From Marsupella aquatica (lineage: Eukaryota > Plantae > Marchantiophyta): a DNA stretch of 64,000 nucleotides. The first letter of the stretch is position 1, and each line of letters opens with the position of its first letter. The stretch covers positions 25,195,233-25,259,232 of the forward strand of contig OZ316892.1 of NCBI GenBank assembly GCA_973895155.1. Reading direction: 5' to 3'. Under the pieces are notes generated by a model that saw only the letters and a program-made list of their open reading frames with translations, had not been told where the DNA came from and did not search any database. Below are positions 1 to 13,412 of this stretch, piece after piece. The translations under genes and the position numbers were made by a program.

Positions 1-441
1 CTTTTCAATAAGTCAAAATAGAAATACATTAGAATGATAAGAAGGCATTACAATGAACATACAATATCATATTCAATTGTATTACTTTCATTGGCTTGGA
101 GCCTAATCAGCTTACTCTGTCTTTGAGATTTTTTATTTGTACTTTTGTTTCAAGTAGCCTCAGACAAGGTGCTTCTTTGTATTATTGGACTTGAAATTGT
201 TTTTGCCCCCTTCTTAATGTTTGTAATTTTCTTGACCACCTCTTCATATCTATATTTATTTTTCAATCTTGCCCATCCTTTGCTGGAATAGGCATTTTTA
301 TCTTCACATTTAAATTACATTAAATTGACAATTCCCCAAGAAATGCATATACAAGGGACACTCTAAGCTATCTTTTTTCAAGAATGTGAGAAGAAAACAT
401 TTCAAGATAATACCATCTGCTCCCCTTATTCTAAATTGATG

Positions 442-650
442 GTTTTGAGTGACTCGTGTCACTAACCAAAGACATTATGAGAGAAATATGAAAAGGCCGT
501 CATTTTATAACATGCATTGATAATCTCTCAAAACCAGAACAGTTGCGTACAACAAAGACTACATTTGGACATAAAAGTGAAAAGTGAAGCCATCACTTTG
601 TAATATCATGAGAAGTGAGAAGAGGGCACAGGCACTGAGTCACCCAAAAC
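442..650. mobile_element. Small MITE-like element with ~20-bp terminal inverted repeats
   Basis: gttttgagtgactcgtgtc (442-460) is a near reverse complement of ggcactgagtcacccaaaac (631-650). No TSD was established. Confidence 0.4.
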
Positions 651-1608
651 TAGCATATTTTTGCTGTAAAGTAAATCATAAAAAATTCATCCATACTCTA
701 GCAAAGTATGATGCTATTATTCATATTAACATCGTGATCTGTTAGAGGGGGACACACTAAGCTAGTTTCTTTCCCTTTGGACTTACTCACACCTTTAGAT
801 AATTAAAAGAAAATTGTGTTTCTGATTTACCTAGATATGATAGTTGTAAAACCTTTTTTATACCATTCAGAGAAGGTTACTTAAAGTTGGAGCAACCCCG
901 TTGTGAGTGGTCGTTGTACGTTGTCCTAGACAAGATTTTTTTGAGTGTGATTTTTTGCATTTTCTCATCTAGCCAACCCTAGTGTTTATGAATTATTTCT
1001 AAAAAAACCATATTTTCTTATTTCTCCTCACCTGACCTCAATTTCCTCCACTGTCTTAACCCAAGAATAAATTTTCAGCCCAACTTTTCTGGAACGTAAC
1101 TTATTGTGCCGAGTGCCAAGAAATTATAAATGACCATTATTTGCGCGACCGAATTCTTATTATGGTACGGTCCCTGACCGACCCTAATCTCGTTCTATTA
1201 CTGCTAACTAATCAATGCGATCGACCGTTAGGAACGGGATTAATGGTCGAGGTTAGGGTTAGTGTCGACCACCACTAATTAATTTCGTTGTAATTACTCT
1301 CCGATTACACCAGTCCTTGCAGTGTGGTATAACTACGGTACTGGACTACAGTAGACTCTGGTTAGGCAGGGAGCCAGGGAAAGGGTCTACAAGGGGTGGG
1401 TTGGCCATCCCGGTCAAACCTCGGCCCTTAATCTACTCATACATCTTTAGGCAGTCCCTGAGTCCCTCTAAACCGTGTTTGAAAACTAATATGAAAGCAC
1501 TTTTCGAGAAAGAGGAAAAAAAAACATATGCGTATTGTAAGACGGTATTGTCACATCTCATAGGCTGGATGGACCATATCCATCCAAGGATCCATCCCAT
1601 ATAAGGTC

Positions 1609-2228
1609 GGAAAAATGGCTTTTTACTAACCTATGTCCCAAAGTGTTCATAATTATCACCCTGTCCCCCAAATTATCTTAATTCCTAAGTTTGCTCTCTT
1701 TTTTCATATTGATTATTCTAACTCCTCTATTGAACCCAAGGTAAATCCAGCATTGGTCGCCTGCCACATGGCAAGGTACTATATGCCACACGCAACCCTG
1801 GCTGGTTCAGAATTTACCTTAACCTGGGCTGATTCATTCCCATTTTTACAATTTATGGAGCACTGGGCTGGCTCCTGTGCGTTGCAGTAAGACAGCCCCG
1901 ACCCGGCTTCCTCCCCACCCAACTTACCCGCAAACGCAGGCCTGACAACATGGCCTGAGACATGGCCACCCTTTCCTTCCCTTTGCCTGTCGGGTACTCC
2001 CTAAATTGTCATAACGGGAGTGAGTCGGCCTGGGTTAGGGTAGAACTGGCCGGGGTTCAGTGTGGTGAATAGTGCCTTGACACACGGCAAGTGACCAACA
2101 ATGAACGACCTCAGGTTAATTACTAAATTTGGAGCAACCCATTTAGGGGTTTACTTAGTAATTATTTGGGAGACAACTTGATAATTACTGTCAATTTTGG
2201 GGATAGGTTAGTAAAAATCTCTTTGGAC
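1609..2228. mobile_element. Foldback (MULE-like) non-autonomous element, ~620 bp with ~270-bp degenerate inverted arms
   Basis: Paired blocks on opposite arms: tttttactaacctat (1620) / ataggttagtaaaaa (2203), taattatca..tgtc.cccaaa / tttgggagacaacttgataatta, ttggtcgcctgcca..gcaaggtacta / tagtgccttgacacacggcaagtgaccaa, and acaatttatggagcac / gtactccctaaattgt. The left end starts GGAAAA. Confidence 0.7.
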
Positions 2229-2856
2229 AAAGTCATGGTACAGCTGTTACAACAAAAGTTTAGTCTTGCGACACCATACAATAGGCTCTCTCTAAGTGCA
2301 CACTCCGTGGAAGAAGAAACTGAGGTGCACATTTCACACATTTGCATTACATGACAAGTGATAAATCATTGAAATGTGCATTTATTGATAAGACCTACAT
2401 TGCCTTCATGTTCCATGGCCACTCTGTCAGTGAACATTCTAGAGACATTCAAGGGTTACAGAAATTCAATCCAATGGTGATAATACTCAACTGGACACGT
2501 AACGAACAGTTGAGTATTTATCCAATGGAGTTTGAAAATCTTCTGTGATGGTTGTTTAGGTTGGCATCACAAGCGATGTTCAAACTCCATAGTGTAAACA
2601 TACAAGTAGTCTAAGATTGTTTTGCTCAGAAAGCAGGCTCCAAGCAAGCCAGACCCATTTTGATCTACTAGTGTTTGCAAAGTAGATTATTTAACTTATT
2701 ACTTTACTCTATGGCTAGTATGGATATTACTAATTAGAAACTGACTAGCAACATCAACTAGCAAGTGAATCAAATTATTTCGAGGATTTCATGAAGCTTA
2801 GGTACGATCAGTAATAGGAAAAACTGAAACTTGTTACTACCATGGTGGTTGAGATG

Positions 2857-2970
2857 AAATTACTAGCTATAGTTTTGAGTTCTAAATAATACATTAAATT
2901 ACTAGCTATAGTTTTGACGTTCTAGATAACAAGTTAAATTATTAGCTATAGTTTTGAGTTCTAAATAACA
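2857..2970. repeat. ~40-bp tandem repeat x3
   Basis: aattactagctatagttttga(c)gttcta.ataa occurs three times in tandem. Confidence 0.9.
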
Positions 2971-4205
2971 AAATTTGACTCATCAACAACAATTTTTTTA
3001 GCACCATCAGGAACCCCTATACACCCCTTCTTTCTCAATTATCTGCCCAAGCTGCCCTGAGCCTGCAAGCATCTGCTCAAGATAAAATTTAATTTTAATA
3101 AAATGGATCTTATTTTTTGTCTCACTTGTAGATCTTTGTCTTGTCTCAACAATTTTTTCTCATTAATATCATTGCTTCACCTCAACATGTTTTTCACTCT
3201 TTGACATTGCTCCCTTTCTTCCACATCTTTCTATGCAAGGCATTGGCACCGGGCTAGTCAAGTATGACTACAGAAAAATAGCCTTTTTGAGATAGAATAC
3301 CAATTGTTTAGAATGAGCTAAAATAGGTTAAATGGAGCTAAAAACTGTATGGAGTGACATCTGCCTAAACATGGGCAGATATCGGGCTGTGTGTTATGTA
3401 AAACGGGAGTAAGTTGTCCAAACTGGGCACCTCGTGGAGCTTACTTCTGGAATCCATTGAATGAGACCCAGAAACCAAGACCAAGTGTCAGCGTACATGG
3501 CCAACAGTACGATCTAAACGTTGAGGTCCAAGAGGAAGGTTCGGTTGCAGGATGTGCTGGATATGTAATGGAGCCAATGGAAGGGTAAGAGAGAGGCGCA
3601 GCAAAGCTATAGCTATGGTGTGACTGTAATTGAGAGTGTCATGGGCGGCTGGGTGGTATGTATTATGTAAAAAGAAAAATTCCCAGAAAAGGCATCAGGG
3701 CCAAAGTCAATTCCAATCCATATCATGTAAACTTATGTTGCTAGCTGTTGTTTGCAAAGGCGGTGAAACTGACCTGGGTGGTCGGTGTCATGGATGATTA
3801 GAGCAGTAGGGGGTGGACCAGCGGTGGCTTTTCTCGCTGCATTGGTGCCTTTTGTGAAAGCATTTGGGATGAAAGGAAAGCCAATTTCAGTATGCTTTTT
3901 CTGACTTACAAAAGGTCACACCCCTCTTTGGCACAAGGTCAAGGACCCTTTGGGGGTGCCTTATCTGTCATGCCAATGATTACGCTGGCATGAGTCCCAA
4001 AGTGACAATTGGCTTCGGTACCACAATAATGCTAACAATGATTATTATTTTGATTTTGGGGGGACGTCGTACTTTTTAAGAGTAACAATAATCTGCAAAT
4101 GTTGGAAAGGGGGACCAGACTTAAATCAAACCCCTAGCTTTATCCAGCCTGGGTGGTCCACGTATTGGATATTACATGGTATACATGTCTTCACCAATGC
4201 TCAGT

Positions 4206-4360
4206 CTAGCCTGTGCTTCCACACCTTATAGTTTGAATGACTCACCAGCCCCAGAGTGACTCGTCCCCCCATTCTCCTTTTCCTCAACTCCAGAGTCATG
4301 CATCTAGGGCTTCATTCTAGTACTAGGTGTGACGAATTGCTTCACACTTTATAGCGTAGA
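4206..4360 (-). mobile_element. Mini-Helitron-like element, copy 1 (degenerate)
   Basis: The minus strand starts A|TCTACGCTATAAAG at 4361/4360. It carries a degenerate palindrome tctagggcttcattctag (4303-4320) preceded by ccagagtca, as in the other copies. The 3' CTAG at 4206 is tentative. Confidence 0.45.
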
Positions 4361-7300
4361 TGCCCCAATTCAGTCATTGGGCATTTCTATTCACTAGCCT
4401 GACTGCCCATGTTTTCTCATGATAATAGTTGGAATTTTCCTGTCCCCAGAGTCACACCTTCCCTCACTTCTGTGCCCCTAGGGTTAGGGTTCAAAGACCC
4501 TCACCCTACACCATAGGCTCAAAGTTTAGCTTTGCTTTGTAGTTTATTGCACTGTAAACCATATGTAGTGTGACTCACACTAAATTGTATGGACATTTCT
4601 TCTAACCCGTATCACTAGACAGTGTGACATACACTATATTGTATGGACATTTTTTTTCTTCTAATCCTAATCACTCTAATTGAGCATGTTAAGTCACACT
4701 ATTTATTTTGTATTGATCGAGAGTCTGCTTGAGTATCAGTTTTATGCCTCTATTCTAAGTGTGCAGTATTCAAGGCAAACACCTCAATTAGTGAGAATTG
4801 TGTGACTTCTTGTGAACTCTACTTAGTGTGACACTTGAAATAATATGACTCGCGCTATTATGTGAGATGTAACATTTAGAGGGCTACGCAAATAGACTAA
4901 CACTTTTTGCAATGCACAGTGCAGTAAGAATTGTCCTCAACCCTTGCATGCAGTAAGGAGGGTTCAAGGGATGACCTGAATCTATCATCTCTAATTAGGA
5001 AGCCTTGAGATGCCCAGTATGAACAAAGGTACCCTCTATTTCATTAAAGGACAAAAGAAAGATTTATGAGCATCTACTATGGAAGCCAAAAAGAGATATA
5101 GAAGAAGGATCAGTATCTCATGTGGCAGCCAAAAAAACAGATTTATTAATTGTAGTTAACTGTGGTGTGGAAGGTGCTCCGCCTCTTTCGATCCGTCCAT
5201 GACGCTGAGCTGACAGAATAGAGCTTTTTCTTCTCACGGCCCCCACCACACTGCTCGTTCATGTACACAAAGATGATTCTTGTCCTTCTGCAGTAGAGAA
5301 TTTCTAGTTTTTCTTGTACACACAAGAGGAAGGACGACCTAGCAATCTCACAAATGCTCACAGTTATGTCCTGAACTCTTCCGGAAGAAGTTGTCTGCGT
5401 TCGATTACTGCTTTCCATCGGACTTTGACGGTCCGATAAACAAGCTCTAGAAACAGCATTGTCTATATTCATTCTGGTTACGCTGCTGTTGTGTCTGTTG
5501 TCTAGTACTGTGTTGAGAAAATTTTGGGATTCCTTCCGAAGTTTCTTTGCATCACATTTGCTCCGCGATCTGTTCAGTGGCGACAGGATGACTCTGTGCT
5601 GTCTTCCGACCAGTCGTCGTGTATGATGTAAAGGAACACCGGCTCCAATTTTGGGAAATGGATTTGCGGAATTGGAGTCAAGTCGATCCAACCCCAGAAC
5701 GTCGTTCTAATTGCATTCGTTCTAATTGCATTAACAGGTTGTTTTCCGTGGAATTGCTGGAACATGTCCTGCAACGACGCCAGTTTTTCTTTTGCGTTAT
5801 TACTAGGTGCTCTATCTTTGCTTTCACATCAGGCCGCACGGCCGTCTCCACTTTGATGATACTGGATTTTTGCTTACGGATTTCGCCCATGCTTTTGAGA
5901 GCTCGAGCTAGCCCGGCAGCTTTATTGCGTTTTGACACTTATTTTGTGCATGACGCTGCCATTGCTGCGTCTTCCGTTATTTTCGCTTGGACGATGCCGG
6001 AGCATCTGCTCGGGTATTCAGCTTCCCATTTGATCGTGTGGTCGATTTATGAATCTTAGTTGCGGTGGTCGATGCATAGCGATCAATCGTTGATTTGCGT
6101 TACCTGTGTGACTGAGAACGTCGTCGTTTTACCTTCGCTAAGTCCGAAACGCATTCTCCCTAGCATTAATTTGTATTAGGATATAGCTGTCAAACTTTCA
6201 AATTTCGCTCCATTCTTTTTGTCTAGGTTTCCAAGTTTTGATATCTGCTGTGTACATCGCCCTGATGTTGTAAAGGCTTTGTCTTTTTAGGCTGAGGATG
6301 GCGATTCCTGAACAATTTTCATTTTGCTTCTTATGTATGCCAACTGTGTTGCGCCTGTGTCTTGGCGTACCTCGTGCCTTGACACCTCTAAATCAACTTG
6401 CTTAAGTTGCCTCTGTCCGGGTGCGATAGGTGCAATCCCGAGCATCTTTTGAAAACATTTCTCTGCTGAACAATCGTCCAAAATCTGAAAGGAAGCTGTT
6501 GTAAGGAATTACAGGCCGCGTATTGACACATGATTGGACGGATCGAGTTTATGACTGAAACCAAGGACTATAATAGTTTGATTGTTGAAAGCCTGGTTGC
6601 AGATAGTGATCATATTCAGTACGGCAAGAGTTCTCAACACATATACATCAGTTCAAGTCGTAATGGCGTCCATGATCGAAGTCGTCGATAAGCAAGGAAA
6701 AGAGTAAGTAGGTGCAACTTGCGAGATAGATGGAAGAAAGGCTAAATAAGTCCTTCTGATTATTTCCCTCGGCCTACGTGGTAAATGTGTTAGGCAATCG
6801 TGCCGGTAAAGCATCGAGGTGAAAGATTTCCAGTCATACGAATTGTGAAGAAAAGTCCATGTCCCCGTCAATGTCATCCTGCTAATCATCTGGGACTTGG
6901 ATAAACATGAGAGAGTTCAAGTGAATTACTTGTACCCTGTCATCATCCTGTTTTATAGTCCGTGACAGAACAAAATAATGTCTAGCGACAACGATCTTTG
7001 CGGTCAAGAGTCTTCTACCAACTTGACAGTGGATAATTATTGTATAGTGACTGCAAGCTTAGCGATCATGTAGGTCTGACGAGTCTTGAATCAACATGAC
7101 CCTTGCACCTACTTGGCGGTTCTATGTCCATAGGCGTAAAGACTTTGACTCGTTGAGCCTGCATCGATTCGGCGTTCTTTGCCGTGATCGTGTTTGAGAG
7201 AATAGCGATCGGATTACGGCAGAGAAATCCTTTCATTTCAACGAATAAAGCTACTGGCATCATTGCTCCACGAGAAAATCAAAACCGCGCGTGACTGATG

Positions 7301-9835
7301 ACTTTGGGAGCTAAATGATGTACGTAGATCCTCAATTTTCCTGATCCAGTGGTTTCCTGAAAATCTTTTATAATCGTACTGTGAACATTATTTATTTATC
7401 AATCGTGACGCCATTATACAAGTTACGTACGGTTTACGGGCAGGCCGGCGGTAACCTTTCGGTCATGCCAGCACTCGCACCCGGGAGAGTCGGAGACCTG
7501 GTTGCCATGATCCACATCAGATCTACCCCGACGTCCCGAACCTCCCAAAAGTTGACTACAAAAAACCTAAGATTCTCAAGCTCGTACTCGATGCCTATGA
7601 TCACCTGTAGTAGGTGTCCATCTCTGTGTCCATCGGTGTGTCCATCGGTGCGGAGATGAACGTAGGGCGCCTGTCACTCCGCTTTGAAGCTCGGCGCGGC
7701 AACGGTACAGTGTGCTACAGCAGAGATCGAGCCGCCACTGAGCGTGAAAAAAAGGCAGTCCGGGACGAGTCTTACGGGATGTCTCACGACAAAAGTAGTA
7801 GAGAAAATGAGAAATGGTCTCAAGCAACGACAACGAGCACTGCTGTGGCTTGAAAACCTCAAAGGGCTAGGTGCCCCAAGCTTCAGTCTATCGCATGCAA
7901 CTGCAGCTAGTCATGTCTGTGCTCCTCCTGTAGGGAATTCGATGATTTTTTGGAATTGTTTTAGTACGGATTGGATTCTGGTGTCAAGCAGAGGAGAAGC
8001 TACAGTCAAATGTACTTCAAAAGTACAAATCTGCACTCCTACAGCTTGAATTGGCGCCGCACGGCTGCTCGAGTCGGAAAGAAATCATTACGGATTTGTA
8101 ATTGGACGACTGCACAGAATTGTTTCAGTACCGTTTGGATTTTTTGGTGTCAAGAAGAGAACAAGCTATAGCGAAATTTACTCTGAAGTACACACATCCA
8201 CTGCTCAGTTTGAATGTCTCATGGCAACAGATGTCGCAAGCGCTGTAGCCCACCCTATCCGCTCGAACCGGAAAGTTGTCGTAATCTTTAGTCGTCGTCG
8301 ACAAATTCTACGGAGTTTTCCCGGCACAAGCATTCTGTACACTACGATCACGGCTCTGCGGAAATACGGGGATTGGATCGGGAATCTTGACTGAGATCGA
8401 CAGTCTTTAGATACGGGTCTCGGACGGCTTTTACGTCTGGGTCTCTGTAACGATCGAGGACTGTTAACTTGTAGGTAAAGCAAGAGCATTGCCACGATCC
8501 AATCAGGCGACAGGCACGGCCCGAGTCTCCTAAATTCTAGTGCGCTTGTTCGCGTAGTCGGGAGGCGTCTCGAGTCTCCATCTCACCGAGATTCAAAGCT
8601 TGTCTTATTTGTCAACGGTGGTATCTGTGCGGGGAAAGGGTCTAAGGTCATTTAGCATGCCTTCGCGTGTCCATATCTTCGAGAATGGTGGTAAGCTACG
8701 TTCAAAGTACTGTAGAGTACTGCTATGGGTAGGTGGAGATACCCCGGTGCAAGATTGGTTTACATAATCTACGACGACCTTCGTCTGCACAAGTCGGTCC
8801 GGTCAATCGATGCAGTCGGTCAACCTTTTCTGTTGAATTTGCTCCAATCAGGATCCATGTGAACTGTGGTGGGTCGAAATAGTCTCTTCTCCTTTACTAG
8901 TTTGGGATGGCTTGGGAGAGGTATTTGTCGAGACAAAATTTCATGCCAGTTGTGTATCGAAATAGTTTCTTCTTAATGCCTCGAGATTTCTGCAAGCTTT
9001 GATTTGAAGACTGGATGCGTTACGTGTTATGAAGACTAGTTAATTTTGCAACTTGGAATCTCATGTTAGTTGCGGGACGAAACTGTGATCTCTGAGAAAC
9101 GTATCTTTCACCAGACGAACAGCAAATAACTCTCCGGGTAGTTTGGAATCTCCATTTTTGGCTTTCAAACATCTGATTGAATTCCATTCAACAGTAGACA
9201 GCATACAGTATGGAATTTCTGTTTTTGTCTTGAGACATCCATTGAATTTCATTCAAGTAGACAGTATGCAATTTGGATCTTCTTGGGTTACGAGTCTCTC
9301 AACCTAATCGCCATCATTTCCGAACGATAGGGCCTATGTAGATCATTGAAGGCATGGAGGATATGAGAAAGTAAGATTTACATGTAGTTAGTTTAGCCAA
9401 TCTTGTGAAACTTCATTGACATGGTTTGATCTTTGTTGGCTGTTACACAGGGGCTAGCTCGGTACAAATATGCTCTGTGTATGTTATTGGCTCAGGCAGT
9501 AAAACTTTCTTAAGTAATCACAATCTATGGAATTCGAGCGTGAATGTGAATTTCAACTTTTACAAGCTTTGGCCAGTTACAATTCAATGTTGGGAGCAAA
9601 CATTGTCGCCTAGACTTTACCTCACTGACAAGTCTTAGTCACTTTTGGCTGCAATTCCCTAGGCTTTTATTCCTTCCAGTAGCCTGTTTCCCACCTGGCC
9701 ATAGACGCCATTAACCAGCACTGATGGTCAGCCTTACATCTACGGAGACCTAAGAATCAGAAATAACATAAGGAATACTCTTCACATCGTCTCCTTTGCA
9801 CAAGGTGACATTGTCCATCCTGAAGAAAACGACGA

Positions 9836-10001
9836 CCTGCAAAATTAAGCTGGTTCGTAATGAGTTCAAGCTGAAGTTCTGGAGGTCCATAGCTCCCTTG
9901 TAACTCTTCACTCAAGCTCCTGCAAAATTACGCTGGTTGGTAATGAGTTCAAGCTGGAGTTCTGGAGGTCTATAGCTCCCTTGTGACTCTTTACTCAAGC
10001 T
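9836..10001. repeat. 83-bp tandem duplication
   Basis: cctgcaaaatta.gctggtt.gtaatgagttcaagctg.agttctggaggtc.atagctcccttgt.actctt.actcaagct at 9836 and 9919. Confidence 0.95.
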
Positions 10002-12478
10002 CATGCACTGTGTTTTCCAAAGGACGTCGTAGCAGAATGCAGAAAGAAGGAATGGTCTTAGTAAGTGGAAGCACAGTTGCAGGGAACTACAATAAGAACA
10101 ATGGTTGACAGGAGCTTCCATGTAAACCCATAAAGTCAGCTTCAAAAGTGGGACCCGCTTCAAATATTCTGCAGCTCAAGTGGTGCGTGAAGGTTGGGAA
10201 GATGGGATCGTGATTTGCACCTCAGCCTTCTAGTTTTGCTTTGTATCAGTTACGGTCACAGGTACACCTGCGATCCACCTCGCTAGAAATTCCAGATCAA
10301 CCTCGCTAGAAATTGCTACTTTTAGTCTGCCACGAAAGAGGACACGTTTTATGTGTCACAGAAGAGAGTTTCTCAATCTCTGCTTGAAAAGACTACGATG
10401 TAAAAATTTCTTTCGACCCAAAAAGACTACGATGCATCACTGTCACCGACAAATGTCACATTATTCTACGGACATAATACCTCTGACCTGCACATCTGGC
10501 CATCCGTGGTCCAGACAGTCGTTTGAGGCACCAGAGTGATGTCACTAGTTAGTACGTCTGGATATCCGCAAGAGATATCACCAACGATCATTTCTTTGCC
10601 GCCTTGAAGTTTTCCGACTAAATCACGACAGCGAGAAATTAAGAGCCACTGTATTCCAGTCCCCTTAATCTGCTACTGATACACAAGGCTCAAATCCAAA
10701 ACATATAAGACAGGATTTTACTCCACTTCCAGTTCTTGTACCCGAATTCGTGGGTCTGGAACAAACAATTCGGGATTGGTCGATCTTTCGGGTAGCCATA
10801 GCAAATCACAAGATTTAGGGAAGTTCTACCGATACTACTTCTAGCTCTAGATGGTGCAGGCGTAGCCATTTTAGTCTAGTCGGCGATTTTTTGGGGATCA
10901 GTTTGGGATTAAGTTTCTGCAAGATCAGTATCTGATAGTTGAAACCAAACACTGTTGTCGAATCTCGTGTCTCCCAAAGAAAATGGCATACGATATGAAT
11001 CACTGGTGAACTTTTGGCAGACGATCCGAATAACCGGTGAAATTGAACCAAAAAAAATGACAGACGGTAATCATCTGTTTCATTGGATGTGTCCGAAGGG
11101 ACACGTCATTCAGTTGTTGCTCAATATATTTTAGATCAATGGCAGATCCCCAAGCAAATCAATCTATACCGCCCATCAAAACATGTCAATAAGATGTCAC
11201 GACGACCATAGCCTATTTATGGTCGACATTTTTATGATTCCAGAAATTCCAAAAGGGAAAGATTTGACTTCGTTTAACATAAAATAAACCTCCATCCAAG
11301 GCCACCAGTAATTGAGCTCGCAGAAATGCTCGCCTAATCGCTTCTTCTCGATAAACTTGGTGACCGAGAAATCTTTCTCATTCTTTCATCATGTTCACGC
11401 AATTGCAGAGTGTGGTGCAGTAACAGAAATGCCGTGCCTAGCATGGAGACACCGCCAAAACTGGAGGATAACACTTTGATCCATGAAATGCCGTTACAAG
11501 CACTCTATGCCTGATCTCAATCTTTGAACTCAATTTTATCCTTCAATAAGAGATACAATGAAGCATACTTGACTACTGTTGCGACGTCGTTCAATTATGC
11601 CAACAGGTGACAGACCAGAGTGTGAGTGGGCGTGTGTAATGAAGTTCCACCGAAAAAGGGGAACTCGAACAAAACCAAGGAAGACCTCTCAAGACAGCAC
11701 AGCAAGTTCAGAGCTTCTCTGTCAGCACCTTAGGAACTCATGACATTGCGACTACAGAGAAAATTCCCCTTTGCGTACCAGCATACAGTCTGTGTTGATG
11801 GCAATAAGCTCTTTGGGAAGCGTGCGGCACTTGCAAGAGGTTCTTCACCAGTGACATAAGAAAAGCTGGGGCGATTCCTATAAGGACGCTGTGACTGTAG
11901 CAGTAGAACTTACAGATATGACGAGTGTCTGCCTGTGTTTTTCGAGACGACTGACACGTCAGTTGCACGAATTTTTCACACCATGAATTTAGATCTGGAC
12001 GGAGTTTGAGCAGGCTTATCTGCAAAGATTCATAGTTAGTCAGGATCAACCCAGTCATTAAACGAGAAAACATTTTGGTCTTACAATTATTAGATTCCAC
12101 TCGCACAAAGTGATACAGAGTACTAATTACGTGCTGTCCCCCTTGTCTACTTCAGGTAATTTCCATACCATTGCGCGGAAGCCCAGTCACGTTGGGAATA
12201 TCATACTTGCGAGGTTCGACATGGGGTTTGATATAACAGTTTCAGATACCAATGTTTAGCACATAACGATTCAGATAGAAAAAGTTCAACAACCTAGATA
12301 AATCGAGTGATTTGGAAAAACTGTCTTACGCCGAAAGTGTTAAAAAGTGGTTTGCATCTTCTGTTCCTTAGACAAACTAATAGTAAGATTCTTGATCGTG
12401 TTTTGAATTTCCCATCTTAACTAGTCCCAATCAGCTATGCAGCACAATTTGCCTACGGTCACAAGCCAGATCTAACCA

Positions 12479-12501
12479 AAAACCCTAAACCCTAAACCCT
12501 A
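12479..12501. promoter_or_regulatory. Telo-box / short interstitial plant telomere repeat (AAACCCT)x3
   Basis: aaaaccctaaaccctaaacccta, lying in the putative first intron of the gene that starts at 12996. Confidence 0.7.
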
Positions 12502-12560
12502 GTAGTAAGAAATCTGTCTCGGTCTGACCAAATGAGAACTAAACGGAGGGAGAAATGTAC

Positions 12561-12996
12561 CAGTTTCAGCAGACGAATCTACACGGACGTCATCGTTGAC
12601 GTCGAGCACACCCCGTAGGAGCGTTACAACATTGCTCTCTGTTGTCTCCGCAGCCTCCAATTTCACCAAAGCCGATCTCAAACCATCCAGTCTCTCCGTG
12701 AGCGCTTCGTTCTGCTTTCTCAAACGCCCGGCAGACTCATTGGCATACTCAAGCTCCTTCTCCTGCCTGATGAGGCTGATCGCCAGAAACGCTATGGAAG
12801 CAGACAACGCCATGGTTCCCAGGCCCTGCTTCTGCTGCATCAGCCTGCTCCAGAAAGAAGGGTACCTCTTCGTCTCGAACTGCATCCCGCCCTCGCCGAG
12901 CGGAGGCGCTCCTGCTGACGACAGCGCTCTCCATGACCTCGATCCTAGCTTGACGAGCCCCATTCGCGCACCTCCTCTCCCAACAGAGCTCCACAT
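12561..12996 (-). CDS. Exon 1 of an uncharacterised, probably mitochondrial single-TM coiled-coil protein (3' exon(s) not resolved)
   Basis: ATG at 12996. The Arg/Ser-rich N-terminus (MWSSVGRGGARMGLVKLGSRSWRALSS) is followed by a hydrophobic segment (GTMALSASIAFLAISLI) and a heptad coiled coil. Likely donor G|GTACAT at 12561/12560. GC-rich, coding-like composition. Confidence 0.7.
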
Positions 12997-13332
12997 TGCG
13001 AAGCTCTCCACAAATTGATGAAACTTTCAGCTCTGCCTCGGTGCTCGTGCTCTTCCTCAGCACGTAATCCAATTTCGCCTGCAGATGACAGACTCGTCTA
13101 CACGTAGTATGGAAAAGCAGAATGACAGAAAAGATCGAGAGAATCTGAGGCGTGCCCACATTCAGCTTGCAACAGCTCGGGATGATGATGTCCTTTGATT
13201 TCTAAGGTAATCAGTGACCTGCGTATGGAATGAAATGAAGATGGATCATTCTTACAAGGACATTCCAGATGTGTACTCCTTAGTAAAACCAACACGTACA
13301 GTATTGTTAATATCCCGTCCGATGCACATCGT

Positions 13333-13375
13333 GACGGTTTGGCCGAGTGGTCTAAGGCGCTGGATTTAGGCTCCA

Positions 13376-13407
<32 letters not shown>

Positions 13408-13412
13408 CGTCA
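13333..13412 (+). tRNA. trnL-UAG: tRNA-Leu(UAG)
   Basis: Acceptor stem GACGGTT/AGCCGTC+A, A-box TGGCCGAGTGG, anticodon arm CTGGA-TT-TAG-GC-TCCAG, long variable arm, B-box GGTTCAAATCC, and a T-run terminator near 13426. Confidence 0.97.

Noticed and set aside
6100-9000. In-frame stops repaired by U-to-C RNA editing
   Set aside because: Such editing is organellar, whereas this is nuclear DNA, and no conserved protein emerges on read-through.
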